A stretch of DNA of 64,000 nucleotides from Candidatus Woesearchaeota archaeon (GTDB lineage: Archaea; Nanobdellota; Nanobdellia; SCGC-AAA011-G17; UBA489). The notes beneath the pieces were generated by a model. The model was not told the DNA's origin. It worked only from the letters and a program-made list of their open reading frames with translations, and searched no databases. The DNA lies in assembly GCA_018302985.1 (NCBI GenBank), contig JAGVZA010000001.1:10919-74918 (forward strand). Direction: 5' to 3'. Below are positions 37,453-46,453 of the stretch, one piece after another (position 1 is the stretch's first letter; the number at the start of each line of letters is the position of its first letter). The position numbers and the translations under genes are program-made.

Positions 37453-37941
37453 TTAAGAAACTTTGCCACAAATAACGTAAGCTCTTGTTGTAATAGATCC
37501 TGGACCCCATTGCTGACAGTACCATCCCCGTCTATCATCAGTAAATCGAGTTTGATGCATTTCTGTTCCCTGTGAATTTGCTTGACAACCTCCGCCAAGA
37601 ACTATATAACCGGGATCGCAATCAACTCGTGCTTCAGTGCCTGGTTGTGCAGCACTTTCTTTATACACAACTAAGTTAGGACTTAATTTCTCTGTAGACC
37701 AAGATAATGCAGATGCTACTGCAACATCACTCATTCCCCATCCGGCACTAGAAGGAATAGCCGCACATAAGGGATTTTGTGGATTAGCTGCGCAGTTCGG
37801 AGTAGCACCTTCAACTTCTCCGATAGTATGCCCCATAACTTGAGGATTATTGCTTCCATAGGCAACTACAATACTAACAGCAGAAATAACTAAGATAAGT
37901 AACCAAACATATTTTTTCTCAATAGTGATATTGATTTGCAT
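37453..37941 (-). CDS. surface protein with conserved N-terminal handle and a Cys-rich head (paralogue 3 of 3)
   Basis: MQINITIEKKYVWLLILVISAVSIVVAYGSNNPQVMGHTIGEVEG, followed by a unique 117-aa domain with 8 Cys. Confidence 0.65.
   Translation of the reverse strand: MQINITIEKKYVWLLILVISAVSIVVAYGSNNPQVMGHTIGEVEGATPNCAANPQNPLCAAIPSSAGWGMSDVAVASALSWSTEKLSPNLVVYKESAAQPGTEARVDCDPGYIVLGGGCQANSQGTEMHQTRFTDDRRGWYCQQWGPGSITTRAYVICGKVS
37811..37941 (-). repeat. 5' handle module, near-identical copy A
   Basis: Differs from 38861-38991 at about 12 of 131 aligned positions by eye. Similarity ends abruptly at the 3' boundary of the module. Confidence 0.85.
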
Positions 37942-37950
37942 TTTTCCCTC

Positions 37951-38493
37951 CTATGAACAAAATATTAACATATTAACATCTACGTTTCCAGTATAGGGGC
38001 GTACTTGGATATCCATTATTGTATAATGGAATGTGTCTGCATCTACAATAGTTCCCATAACAGGCACAAAAACTGGACCATACTCATCACTACTGCTCCA
38101 AGGCATTCTCTTGGCTGTTAAGAATACTTGATAGTTTGCATTAGGACAGGCAGGTGAAAACGTAAATTCTTGGCGAGCTTCAGCACCTTGAACAGAAACT
38201 GTTTGTGAAGCTATACGCATTTGTCTACCATTAAGACGTTGACTATCCCAAGCAATTCCAGCCCATCCAGCTACTACACCTAATCCCCAATTAGAATTAC
38301 GAGGACCAGTACAGACATTATCGCCAGAAATAAGTGGATTAGCACAAGTAGGAACAACACCTTCAATTTCTCCAAAGTTATGTCCCATAACTGGCGGATT
38401 GGTGCCTCCGTAAGCAACAACAAAGCCAACAGCTACAACTGCCAAAACCAAAAACCACAAATGTTTTTTCTCAATGTTAATATTAATTTGCAT
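37951..38493 (-). CDS. surface protein with conserved N-terminal handle and a distinct head (paralogue 2 of 3)
   Basis: MQININIEKKHLWFLVLAVVAVGFVVAYGGTNPPVMGHNFGEIEG, followed by an unrelated 135-aa domain. Confidence 0.65.
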   Translation of the reverse strand: MQININIEKKHLWFLVLAVVAVGFVVAYGGTNPPVMGHNFGEIEGVVPTCANPLISGDNVCTGPRNSNWGLGVVAGWAGIAWDSQRLNGRQMRIASQTVSVQGAEARQEFTFSPACPNANYQVFLTAKRMPWSSSDEYGPVFVPVMGTIVDADTFHYTIMDIQVRPYTGNVDVNMLIFCS

Positions 38494-38496
38494 CGT

Positions 38497-38991
38497 TTAT
38501 TTCTCCTTTAAGCAATAAAAAGTTATGCTACAACCAGGCACATCCGGACATGACGTGTCTCCAGCAAATGCTGCGCCACAAGTAGTGGACTGAACTGAAG
38601 TTAACTCATACCCCTGAGTCTGGCAATAGGCAGTAATTGCCCGCAAACAACCCTTATATCCTTGAAAACCACCGCGATCATTATTTCCTGTATAAATATT
38701 AGTATATTGTGCTAAACTCGAGATCTGAAAAGGAGCACTGGGTGTAAAAATAGTGTCTTGTGAACCATAAGTATAGCGTCGTCCTTCGATAAGTTGTTTG
38801 CCACTTAAATAAGTTGCAGCTTGTGTATTCATCACATCAATAACTTTCTGATCTACTCCATCAACTTCTCCGATAGTATGTCCCATAACTGGTGGATTAT
38901 TGCTTCCATAGGCAACTACAATGCCAACAGCAGAAATAACTAAGATAAGTAACCAAACATATTTCTTTTCAATGCTTATCTTGATTTCCAT
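38497..38991 (-). CDS. surface protein with conserved N-terminal handle and a distinct head (paralogue 1 of 3)
   Basis: MEIKISIEKKYVWLLILVISAVGIVVAYGSNNPPVMGHTIGEVDG, followed by an unrelated 119-aa Cys-containing domain. Its start overlaps the upstream gene by 16 nt. Confidence 0.65.
   Translation of the reverse strand: MEIKISIEKKYVWLLILVISAVGIVVAYGSNNPPVMGHTIGEVDGVDQKVIDVMNTQAATYLSGKQLIEGRRYTYGSQDTIFTPSAPFQISSLAQYTNIYTGNNDRGGFQGYKGCLRAITAYCQTQGYELTSVQSTTCGAAFAGDTSCPDVPGCSITFYCLKEK
38861..38991 (-). repeat. 5' handle module, near-identical copy B
   Basis: See copy A (37811-37941). The intervening paralogue (38363-38493) is clearly more diverged. Confidence 0.85.
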
Positions 38992-40622
38992 TGCACACCT
39001 CTCCTAAATGAGTAGAAGATTATTAATAAAACTATGGTTATTAAAAAGTTAGACCAAGTAAAGACTGGGAAGTTTTCTCCTTCTTGAGAATTGACACAAG
39101 TTTCAGTAAGTGGATATCCTGCACAGCTGCAATGAGTTCCCCCTTGAAGAACAGTACAAGTACGAGTTTGTTGTCCACCAACACAAGGAGACAAAGGACG
39201 ATTATAAGTACAAGTAGGCGATCTGCAAGTAAATGCTCCGCGGTCGCAAACAGTTTGTACTCCATTAGCGTTGCTGCAAGGTAAAGGATTACTCAAGACT
39301 TTGCAACCACTAGGTCCAGTTAAACAGAAGTAGGATTGTGTAAGATCACTTTGACAAACCATAAATGTTGCAGGTACTCCTCTACATAAAGGATGATCTT
39401 CACAACTTTGTCCATTAGTATTGATTTCTCGTCTGCAAGTAGAAGAACAACCATCACCACTGACAGTATTATTATCGTCGCAGCGTTCATTATTGCTGCC
39501 TTCTACAATGCCATTGCCACATTGTGCTGCTGGTTGTGATTGAACAGTAAGTAAAGCATTTTGTGGAGACGCAGTTTGTACTTGTGAACTGCCTCCTGTG
39601 ACAGTGACTTGGAAATAGTAATGATTAGATCCATTCAAGAAATATTCTGTAATCCAAGTACTCGATGCTGTAGCACTAGTACTATTAGCAAAAGTTGCTG
39701 GTTGAGGTGAGGATAAAACTAAATTATTATTGTCTCTGTCAAAGACTTGGAAGTGAGCGATTTTACCTTGACAGTCAGCGCTGCCAGTAACAGTTAAGTC
39801 TACAGATTCTCCTTCTAAGGCGCTTGTTCTGCTCCAACTAGCTGCTAGATTGCTACATTGTTGGCGATAAGGACAATTATCATCTGCAACAAGAACAGAA
39901 CAGGAATCATTAATAAATAAATCACAGACATCTCCAGCACCATCACCATCAGTGTCAAGCTGGTCAGCATTAACAGTAGTCCTGCAATTATCAGCACATT
40001 GAAGAAGGTTTGAATGTACTCTTGGATCACAAGGAGTGTTAACTAAACTGCCTAATCCAATATCAAAGACACCATCAGTATCAGTATCAGGTCTATACTG
40101 TCCTCCACCAGAAACAGTACCGTCAGAGCAACACAAGTCAACAGAATAAATACCACAATCAGATACATGAGCATTCGTTTCCGCAGAAAGTGAAGCTACA
40201 CATCTCCAGGTAGGTCCTAAAGTAGAGCATTGTCCTTGTGGTTGTGTGCTGCAAGTGATATTGCCAAAACAAGCACGCTGTTGGTAAGCAGTAAATTCTT
40301 TCTTTTCAACATGAGCATTAACAGTATCAGATAAACGAAGAACAACATTGGTGCCTGCAGTATTACATTGTCGACTTGTTGCTCCTTGACCATCCCAACA
40401 AACAGCATAAGTATATTGGGTTTGAGTTGCTAAAGCTGCATGAGCATTGTTAGATCCAGAAACACGAAAAAGAATCTTGTCTGTAGAACATTGATCACTG
40501 ATAGCTTGTCCTGTAGGGGAAGATATTTCGAAGGGAGCATCAAGATCATAAACAGAACTGGCTAAATAACCAGCTAAGAGTACTAAAAAAACTGGTCCTA
40601 AGACTCTGAGCTCAACACGCAT
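38976..40622 (-). CDS. large Cys-rich secreted protein with a C-terminal TM anchor
   Basis: ATG 40622 (MRVELRVLGPVFLVLLAG signal). Three ~45-aa repeats each carrying NAH(A/V). TSP3-like DTDTDGVFD and DTDGDGAGDVCD. CGNGIVEGSNNERCDDNNTVSGDGCSSTC Cys-rich repeat. Terminal TM segment plus RRG. Confidence 0.75.
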   Translation of the reverse strand: MRVELRVLGPVFLVLLAGYLASSVYDLDAPFEISSPTGQAISDQCSTDKILFRVSGSNNAHAALATQTQYTYAVCWDGQGATSRQCNTAGTNVVLRLSDTVNAHVEKKEFTAYQQRACFGNITCSTQPQGQCSTLGPTWRCVASLSAETNAHVSDCGIYSVDLCCSDGTVSGGGQYRPDTDTDGVFDIGLGSLVNTPCDPRVHSNLLQCADNCRTTVNADQLDTDGDGAGDVCDLFINDSCSVLVADDNCPYRQQCSNLAASWSRTSALEGESVDLTVTGSADCQGKIAHFQVFDRDNNNLVLSSPQPATFANSTSATASSTWITEYFLNGSNHYYFQVTVTGGSSQVQTASPQNALLTVQSQPAAQCGNGIVEGSNNERCDDNNTVSGDGCSSTCRREINTNGQSCEDHPLCRGVPATFMVCQSDLTQSYFCLTGPSGCKVLSNPLPCSNANGVQTVCDRGAFTCRSPTCTYNRPLSPCVGGQQTRTCTVLQGGTHCSCAGYPLTETCVNSQEGENFPVFTWSNFLITIVLLIIFYSFRRGVQWKSR

Positions 40623-40714
40623 ACATTTTCCCTCTCTTGAAGAAAGCAAGCTTCTTATTATTTATAAAGCTTTGTGTAAAGAGGGCTTTAAAACCAACAA
40701 AATACAGCACAATG

Positions 40715-40722
40715 TTTATAAA
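40715..40722 (+). promoter_or_regulatory. TATA box for rpl21e
   Basis: atgTTTATAAAgc lies 22 nt upstream of ATG 40745. A second TTTATAAA at 40661-40668 serves the divergent surface-protein operon. Confidence 0.55.
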
Positions 40723-40744
40723 GCCTCAACGCAAAAAATGAAGT

Positions 40745-41038
40745 ATGACTAAGAGAATTGGTGGTTTCAGGAGAAAAACTAGACATAAGCTACAAAAATC
40801 TCCACGAACCAAAGGAAAAATCAGTATCAGAAGATATCTCCAGCAATTTAAAGTAGGAGATCACGTCAATTTAGTAGCAGAGCCCGCAATCCAAACAGGT
40901 ATGTATTTCCCTAGATATCATGGTCGAACTGCTTTAGTTATTGGAAAACAAGGAGAATGTTACAAAGTGCAAATTGAAGATGGTAGTTTACAAAAAACAT
41001 TAATTGTCCATCCAGTACACTTACGAGGAGCCAAGTAA
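40745..41038 (+). CDS. rpl21e: 50S ribosomal protein L21e
   Basis: 97 aa with the GFRRKTRHKL...FKVGDHV...YHGRTG-like L21e pattern. Confidence 0.92.
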   Translation: MTKRIGGFRRKTRHKLQKSPRTKGKISIRRYLQQFKVGDHVNLVAEPAIQTGMYFPRYHGRTALVIGKQGECYKVQIEDGSLQKTLIVHPVHLRGAK

Positions 41039-41039
41039 C

Positions 41040-41372
41040 ATGACTGAAATTGAAATCGTTAGCGAAAAACCATTGACACTTCCTGAAGTAAAGGAAATGC
41101 TTAGTGAAATTAAGAAAAGTACAGAACTTGGGTTCCGTGCTAACAAAACCACAGAGTATACAGAACTATTTGTGAAACAAAAGCCAAGTGAAGCTGCAGA
41201 AGTAAAGAAAAAAATAGAAGAACTTAATATCATGCGTCTCAAAGATAAAGTGATTGCAAAGATCATAGACTTAGCACCGACAGATGCAGAAAGTCTCAAG
41301 ATGATTTTAGCAACTGAGAACATTACAGTAAAACAAGAAGACCTAGGTAAGATTTTAGAATGTTTAAAGTAA
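41040..41372 (+). CDS. rpoF: RNA polymerase subunit F (Rpb4-like)
   Basis: ATG 41040 (MTEIEIVSEKPLTLPEVKEML..), in the conserved position after rpl21e. About 110 aa, helical and acidic. Confidence 0.75.
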   Translation: MTEIEIVSEKPLTLPEVKEMLSEIKKSTELGFRANKTTEYTELFVKQKPSEAAEVKKKIEELNIMRLKDKVIAKIIDLAPTDAESLKMILATENITVKQEDLGKILECLK

Positions 41373-41402
41373 CTCAAGCTCAAAAATTCGAAGAACAGGA
41401 CT

Positions 41403-41975
41403 GTGGAAAAAATGGAAAAACGACCATCGAGAGAAGAGAAAGCAATGGTGCTCGACTTTTTACCAAATGGATATCCATTCGACACGCGTCCTGCGCATAT
41501 AAAAACACCAATAGCACAAGCAATTGGTAAAGAACACTTCGTACTACTAGAGCTCGTTCCTAAAAAAGGAATTTTCTTGCAACCTAATGAAGACGTCTAT
41601 ATTGGTGAAGGGAAACGAGATAAAATTCATCACATTACTGGTAAATTAGAGTTTGATAAATTAACGCAGACAGCACAGTCATCTTTAGAAGAATTTATTG
41701 CTTTGCGAGTGAAGCAAAATGAAAAACGTTTTGTTGATTTTTTTAATACTGCAGGTCCCATTAACATGCGTCGTCATCAGATGGAATTAATTCCTGGTAT
41801 TGGAAAAAAACACATGTGGGAAATCATAGAAGAAAGAAAAGTAAAGCCTTTCGAGAGCTTTGAAGACATGCAAAAAAGAGTCAAGCTTTTACCAGATCCT
41901 CAAAAAGCAATCATCAAACGTCTGTTGATGGAAATCAAAGGCGAAGATAAGTACACTCTCTTTGTAGGTAACTAA
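41403..41975 (+). CDS. DUF655-family putative RNA-binding protein
   Basis: EEKAMVLDFLPNGYP N terminus and a C-terminal HhH-like segment. Conserved archaeal neighbour of rpoF. Confidence 0.7.
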   Translation: MEKMEKRPSREEKAMVLDFLPNGYPFDTRPAHIKTPIAQAIGKEHFVLLELVPKKGIFLQPNEDVYIGEGKRDKIHHITGKLEFDKLTQTAQSSLEEFIALRVKQNEKRFVDFFNTAGPINMRRHQMELIPGIGKKHMWEIIEERKVKPFESFEDMQKRVKLLPDPQKAIIKRLLMEIKGEDKYTLFVGN

Positions 41976-41977
41976 GC

Positions 41978-42538
41978 GTGAAAAAAGTAATAGTAGTGCA
42001 CAGATGGGATGGAAGTCCAAGCGCGGATTGGTATCCCTGGTTAAAAGAAGAAGTAGAGAAGAAAAATATTCAAGTGTTTATTCCTGAGATACCAGATCCA
42101 AGTAAACCAAAAATAGAAAAGTGGGTTTCGTTTCTAAAAAAAGAAATAAAAGATATAGATGAAGAAACTTTTTTTGTGGGTCATAGTATTGGTTGTCAAA
42201 CTATTATGAGATATCTAGAAACAGTAGAGGAAAAAACAAAAATTGGCGGAGTGTTGTTCGTTGCTGGTTTTTTTACATTAAATAAATTAGAGACTGAAGA
42301 AGAAAAAACAATAGCGAAACCATGGCTGGAAAGACCTATTAATACAGAAAAAGTAAAAAAGAGAGTAAAACAAATAAGAGCTATCTTTTCTGATAATGAT
42401 CCATTTGTACCTGTAAGTAATGCTAAACAATTTCAAGAGAAACTAGGTGCAAAAACCCTCATAGAGAAGAAGCAGGGGCATTTTAATGATGACACAGCAC
42501 CCATAGTATTGAAAATTCTTCTAGAAATGATGCAATAA
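41978..42538 (+). CDS. YdeN/RBBP9-like serine hydrolase (alpha/beta fold)
   Basis: VIVVHRWDGSPSADWYPWL and nucleophile elbow GHSIGC. GTG start. Confidence 0.7.
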   Translation: MKKVIVVHRWDGSPSADWYPWLKEEVEKKNIQVFIPEIPDPSKPKIEKWVSFLKKEIKDIDEETFFVGHSIGCQTIMRYLETVEEKTKIGGVLFVAGFFTLNKLETEEEKTIAKPWLERPINTEKVKKRVKQIRAIFSDNDPFVPVSNAKQFQEKLGAKTLIEKKQGHFNDDTAPIVLKILLEMMQ

Positions 42539-42585
42539 AGCCAAAAGGAGAAAGGTTTTTAAAGGCATTTTTGTCCCAAACCATC

Positions 42586-43077
42586 ATGGCTGACTTTAAA
42601 GAATTAATTCGTGTTGCAAGCACAGATATCCCGGGTAAAAAGAAGCTCTATTATGGCTTAACAAACATTCATGGTATCAGCTACAGCTTTTCTAACGCAT
42701 TATGTCTCACACTCAATTTGGATAAAAATAGAAAAATAGGTTCTTTAAACGAAAAAGAAATCAAAGACATTGAAACATCCATCAGTCACCCAGAAAAAAT
42801 CCCTGCTTGGGTAAGAAATAGAAGAAAAGAAACTGAAACTGGTGCAGACGTGCATGCAATAGGTTCTAACTTAAAATTAATGCAAGAATTTGATGTACGT
42901 CGTTTGAAAAAAATCAGAAGTTATCGTGGTATGCGTCATGCGCTTGGTCTACCAGTGCGTGGTCAAAGTACTAAAGCACACTTCAGACATGGCAAAGTTG
43001 TCGGTGTCGTGAAGAAAGCAACAAGAGTAGCTGCTGCAAAAGCAGATACTGGAAAGAAGGACGCAGGTAAGAAATAA
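42586..43077 (+). CDS. rps13: 30S ribosomal protein S13
   Basis: MADFKELIRVASTDIPGKKK.., RSYRGMRHALGLPVRGQSTK. Confidence 0.93.
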   Translation: MADFKELIRVASTDIPGKKKLYYGLTNIHGISYSFSNALCLTLNLDKNRKIGSLNEKEIKDIETSISHPEKIPAWVRNRRKETETGADVHAIGSNLKLMQEFDVRRLKKIRSYRGMRHALGLPVRGQSTKAHFRHGKVVGVVKKATRVAAAKADTGKKDAGKK

Positions 43078-43078
43078 C

Positions 43079-43660
43079 ATGGGAGATCCAAAAAAAATCC
43101 GCGCCAAGTATTCTGGCCCATCTCATCCGTGGCAGCGTAAGCGCATTGAAGATGAAAAGAAAATTCTCGGTTCTTTTGGTTTAAAAAATAAAAAAGAAAT
43201 TTGGAAGATGCAATCTCGATTGCGTAGTTTCAAAGCACAAGCCAAATCATTAATTTCAGGCACAGATGCTCAAAGTAAGAAAGAAGAAGAAGCACTGTTA
43301 GCAAAATTATATAACATGGGTATAATTGAACAAGGTGCTAATATGGATGCTATTCTAGAATTAACTCTTGCAGACATGCTCAAGAGACGTTTACAAAGTA
43401 TGGTATGCAACCAAAAATTAGCGCAGTCCATGCGTCAAGCAAGACAGTTCATTGTACATGGACATGTCACTGTAAACGGAACCCTTATTGACATTCCTTC
43501 TTACTTAGTAAAGAGAATAGAAGAGCCTGCAATCAAGTTCCACGAAACATCAACCTTAAAAGATCCAGAACATCCAGAAAGAATCAAAAAGAAAAAAGAA
43601 CGCCCAGTACAAGAAAAAAGAGAGCGTCGTGATCCAAGAAGAGGCGGTAGAAGAAGATAA
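43079..43660 (+). CDS. rps4: 30S ribosomal protein S4
   Basis: [19 protein letters not shown] terminus and an S4 RNA-binding domain ([21 protein letters not shown]). Confidence 0.93.
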   Translation: MGDPKKIRAKYSGPSHPWQRKRIEDEKKILGSFGLKNKKEIWKMQSRLRSFKAQAKSLISGTDAQSKKEEEALLAKLYNMGIIEQGANMDAILELTLADMLKRRLQSMVCNQKLAQSMRQARQFIVHGHVTVNGTLIDIPSYLVKRIEEPAIKFHETSTLKDPEHPERIKKKKERPVQEKRERRDPRRGGRRR

Positions 43661-44058
43661 TGACTCGAGACAATAATCGTTGGGGTATTGCATACATTTA
43701 TTCTAGTTATAATAATACTATTATTCATATTACTGATATCACAGGTGCAGAAACTATTGCTAAGGGATCTGGTGGCATGATTGTTAAGGCTCACCGTTTA
43801 GAAGGATCTCCAACAGCAGCAATGGGTGCAGCTAAAATGGCAGCAGAAACTGCAAAAGAAAAAGGCATTAATGCTATTCATGTCAAGATCAGAGCTCCAG
43901 GTGGTCATAATGGGCCAAATAGTCCAGGACCAGGAGCACAAGCAGCAGTACGTGCATTATCACGTTCAGGATTGCGCATCGGAGTCATCGAAGAAATCAC
44001 TGCCACACCAACAGATCGTTGTAGAAAAAAAGGCGGAAAGCGAGGTCGCAGAGTATAA
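43660..44058 (+). CDS. rps11: 30S ribosomal protein S11
   Basis: [37 protein letters not shown]. Confidence 0.93.
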   Translation: MTRDNNRWGIAYIYSSYNNTIIHITDITGAETIAKGSGGMIVKAHRLEGSPTAAMGAAKMAAETAKEKGINAIHVKIRAPGGHNGPNSPGPGAQAAVRALSRSGLRIGVIEEITATPTDRCRKKGGKRGRRV

Positions 44059-44060
44059 CC

Positions 44061-44837
44061 ATGGATCTTAAAATAATCAAAAAGGATAAAGAAAAAACAA
44101 TCTTCACTCTAAATGGAATTAACCCGGCAATGGCAAATACTATTCGAAGATATATAATTGAACAAGTGCCTACCTTAGCAATTGAAGAAATAGATATGAG
44201 CAGAAATGACTCCGCGCTCTATGATGAAATGGTTGCATTGCGTTTAGGTCTTGTTCCATTGACTACAGATTTAAAATCCTACAATAAAAAAGAAGAATGT
44301 AAATGCAAGGGTGCAGGTTGTGCTTCTTGTCAATTAGTATTCTCCTTTAAAGGCAAGGGCCCTGGTACTGTATACTCAGATGCAATTGAAACAAAAGATC
44401 CAAAAGTCAAGCCAGCAATTCCAAAGTTGCCTATTGTTAAGCTCTTAAAAGATCAAGAAATAAAAGCAGAAGGAATTATTGTATTAAACAGTGGTAATGT
44501 ACATACAAAGTTCTCTCCAGGATTACTTACTTATCGCGGTTACCCATCGATCAAAGCAGGGAAAAATGCGAACATCAAAAAAGCAGTAGAAGAATGTAAA
44601 GGTGCACTCGTTGCAAAAGGTTCTTCTGCAGAAATCAAAGATATTGTTTCATGGAATGAAGCTTATGAAGAAATCTGTGAAAAAAATGGTTTAGAGATAG
44701 AATACAGTGACGAAGAATTCATATTCACAGCAGAAGCTTGGGGGCAATTATCAGTCAAAGAGATGCTCTTAGAAGCGATGAAAATTTTCGATGAAAAATT
44801 AGGAGAGTTCAATAAGCTCATAAAAAAGCTTAAATAA
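44061..44837 (+). CDS. rpoD: DNA-directed RNA polymerase subunit D
   Basis: ANTIRRYIIEQVPTLAIEE and LRLGLVPL motifs, with a Cys cluster CKCKGAGCASC. Follows rps11. Confidence 0.9.
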   Translation: MDLKIIKKDKEKTIFTLNGINPAMANTIRRYIIEQVPTLAIEEIDMSRNDSALYDEMVALRLGLVPLTTDLKSYNKKEECKCKGAGCASCQLVFSFKGKGPGTVYSDAIETKDPKVKPAIPKLPIVKLLKDQEIKAEGIIVLNSGNVHTKFSPGLLTYRGYPSIKAGKNANIKKAVEECKGALVAKGSSAEIKDIVSWNEAYEEICEKNGLEIEYSDEEFIFTAEAWGQLSVKEMLLEAMKIFDEKLGEFNKLIKKLK

Positions 44838-44862
44838 CCTCTTCAGTCCCACACCGTATCTT

Positions 44863-44946
44863 GCGGATATGCCGGAGCGGTCAAACGGGCTAGCTTGAGG
44901 TGCTAGTGGCTTAGTGCCTGCGCAGGTTCGATTCCTGTTATCCGCA
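44863..44946 (+). tRNA. tRNA-Leu (anticodon GAG), long variable arm
   Basis: Acceptor GCGGATA/TATCCGC. Anticodon stem CTAGC/GCTAG with loop TTGAGGT. T arm GCAGG-TTCGATT-CCTGT. Discriminator A. Confidence 0.9.
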
Positions 44947-44960
44947 TTTCACAATCAACA

Positions 44961-45311
44961 ATGGTAAAAATAACTGGACCAACAAACCCAAATTTGAAGC
45001 GCTTGATTCGCGCTTTGAAAACTGCCTCCAATAAGGAAGGCGTAGATATTTGGGATAAGGTTGCGGCAGAATTAGAAAAGCCAACAAGAGTACGAAGAGA
45101 AGTGGATATTGCACGTCTCAATCGCGTAACCAATGCAAAAGAAGTTGTTGTTGTCCCAGGAAAAGTTTTGGCAACAGGCGACATCGATCACGAAATAACT
45201 GTAGCTGCATGGAACTTTTCTGAAGCTGCAAAGAAAAAAGTCAAAGCAATCACCATTGAAGAATTACTCAAACAAAATCCAAAAGGAAAAAACGTAAAGG
45301 TAGTTTGTTAA
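44961..45311 (+). CDS. rpl18e: 50S ribosomal protein L18e
   Basis: 116 aa with TNPNLKRLIRALK.., in the position after rpoD. Confidence 0.88.
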   Translation: MVKITGPTNPNLKRLIRALKTASNKEGVDIWDKVAAELEKPTRVRREVDIARLNRVTNAKEVVVVPGKVLATGDIDHEITVAAWNFSEAAKKKVKAITIEELLKQNPKGKNVKVVC

Positions 45312-45312
45312 C

Positions 45313-45627
45313 ATGACATTACAAAAAAGATTAGAGCAATTGACTAAAGAAGTAACAGACATAGTAAGATCTAGTGAAGATCATCCAACAAGAGATCAAA
45401 TTATTGAAGAAATGGTAGAGATGCATGGCGCGGTATTCGCAGTTCCTGCCGCTGAGACTCCAATTGCAGTATTCAAAAGACAAGTCGCATCTACAATTCG
45501 TAATCTTGTTGCGCAAACAATTTTTCAAGAATATGAAATGCATGGGAGTAAAGTATACAGCATGCGATCAATACAGCAGTCTAGTACAGCACAACCAGTT
45601 ACAGGAGAAACATATAGAACACCATGA
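45313..45627 (+). CDS. hypothetical protein inserted between rpl18e and rpl13
   Basis: 104-aa ORF packed tightly (1-nt gap upstream, 4-nt overlap downstream). No confident motif; a winged-helix fold is only a guess. Confidence 0.5.
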   Translation: MTLQKRLEQLTKEVTDIVRSSEDHPTRDQIIEEMVEMHGAVFAVPAAETPIAVFKRQVASTIRNLVAQTIFQEYEMHGSKVYSMRSIQQSSTAQPVTGETYRTP

Positions 45628-46055
45628 TCATCGACGCAACAGATTTAATCTTAGGAAGAATGGCAGCACAAGTAGCAAAGCGTGCAATCCTAGGTGAAGA
45701 AATCTCAATTATCAATGCGGAAAAAGCTGTTATCACAGGAGATAGAAAAGGCGTTCTAGAAAAATACAGACATCGTGCAGTCTATCAAGGTCAACCAAAA
45801 ACAGGTCCGTTCTTCTTTACAAAAGAAAACTTGTTTGTAAAGCGTGCTATTCGAGGTATGGTTCCTCATAAAAGGCCAAAGGGAAGAGACGCGCTCAAAA
45901 GAATTAAATGTTATATCGGTGTTCCAGATGAATTCAAGGATAAAAAGACAGAAACATTGTCCGGTGTCCACGTCAGTAAAATGCAAAATCTTAAATACAT
46001 TTCAGTGAAAGAAATATGTCACCTCTTAGGTCGAAAAGATCCTCGTGAACAATGA
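45624..46055 (+). CDS. rpl13: 50S ribosomal protein L13
   Basis: [19 protein letters not shown].. N terminus; 143 aa. Confidence 0.93.
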   Translation: MIIDATDLILGRMAAQVAKRAILGEEISIINAEKAVITGDRKGVLEKYRHRAVYQGQPKTGPFFFTKENLFVKRAIRGMVPHKRPKGRDALKRIKCYIGVPDEFKDKKTETLSGVHVSKMQNLKYISVKEICHLLGRKDPREQ

Positions 46056-46453
46056 GTAAAGTAACACACACCTCTGGAAAGCGAAAGCGTGCCATAGCGC
46101 GTGCTACCATAGCTGAAGGAAAAGGTATAGTTCGCATTAACCATCAACTCTTAGAAACTTACGAGCCAAGAATGGCGAGAATGCGCATCATGGAACCGCT
46201 TATGTTGGGTGCTGAAATTGCGAAAAAAGTAGATATTGACGTCGATGTTATTGGTGGCGGCCAGCAAGGACAAGCTGACGCGGTGCGTCTTGCGATCGCA
46301 AAAGGATTAGTGCAATTCTCAAAGAGCAAGCAATTAAGACAAGACTTTTTACAATATGATAGAAACCTTTTAGTAGCCGATGTAAGGCGCAACGAACCTC
46401 ATAAACCGAACGATTCTAAGCCACGTGCAGCCAGACAGAAGAGCTATCGCTGA
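46052..46453 (+). CDS. rps9: 30S ribosomal protein S9
   Basis: [12 protein letters not shown].., [20 protein letters not shown]-terminal RQKSYR. Confidence 0.93.
   Translation: MSKVTHTSGKRKRAIARATIAEGKGIVRINHQLLETYEPRMARMRIMEPLMLGAEIAKKVDIDVDVIGGGQQGQADAVRLAIAKGLVQFSKSKQLRQDFLQYDRNLLVADVRRNEPHKPNDSKPRAARQKSYR

Noticed and set aside
37453-40649. Diversity-generating retroelement (template/variable repeat pair)
   Set aside because: The repeated DNA is the conserved 5' end of the genes, not a 3' variable region. Mismatches are not adenine-specific, and no reverse transcriptase ORF occurs anywhere in the window.
41021-41485. 154-aa ORF antisense to rpoF and the DUF655 gene
   Set aside because: It spans two well-supported plus-strand genes and the gap between them. 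Its Ser/Phe/Leu-rich translation is what the reverse complement of Lys/Glu-rich coding sequence produces.
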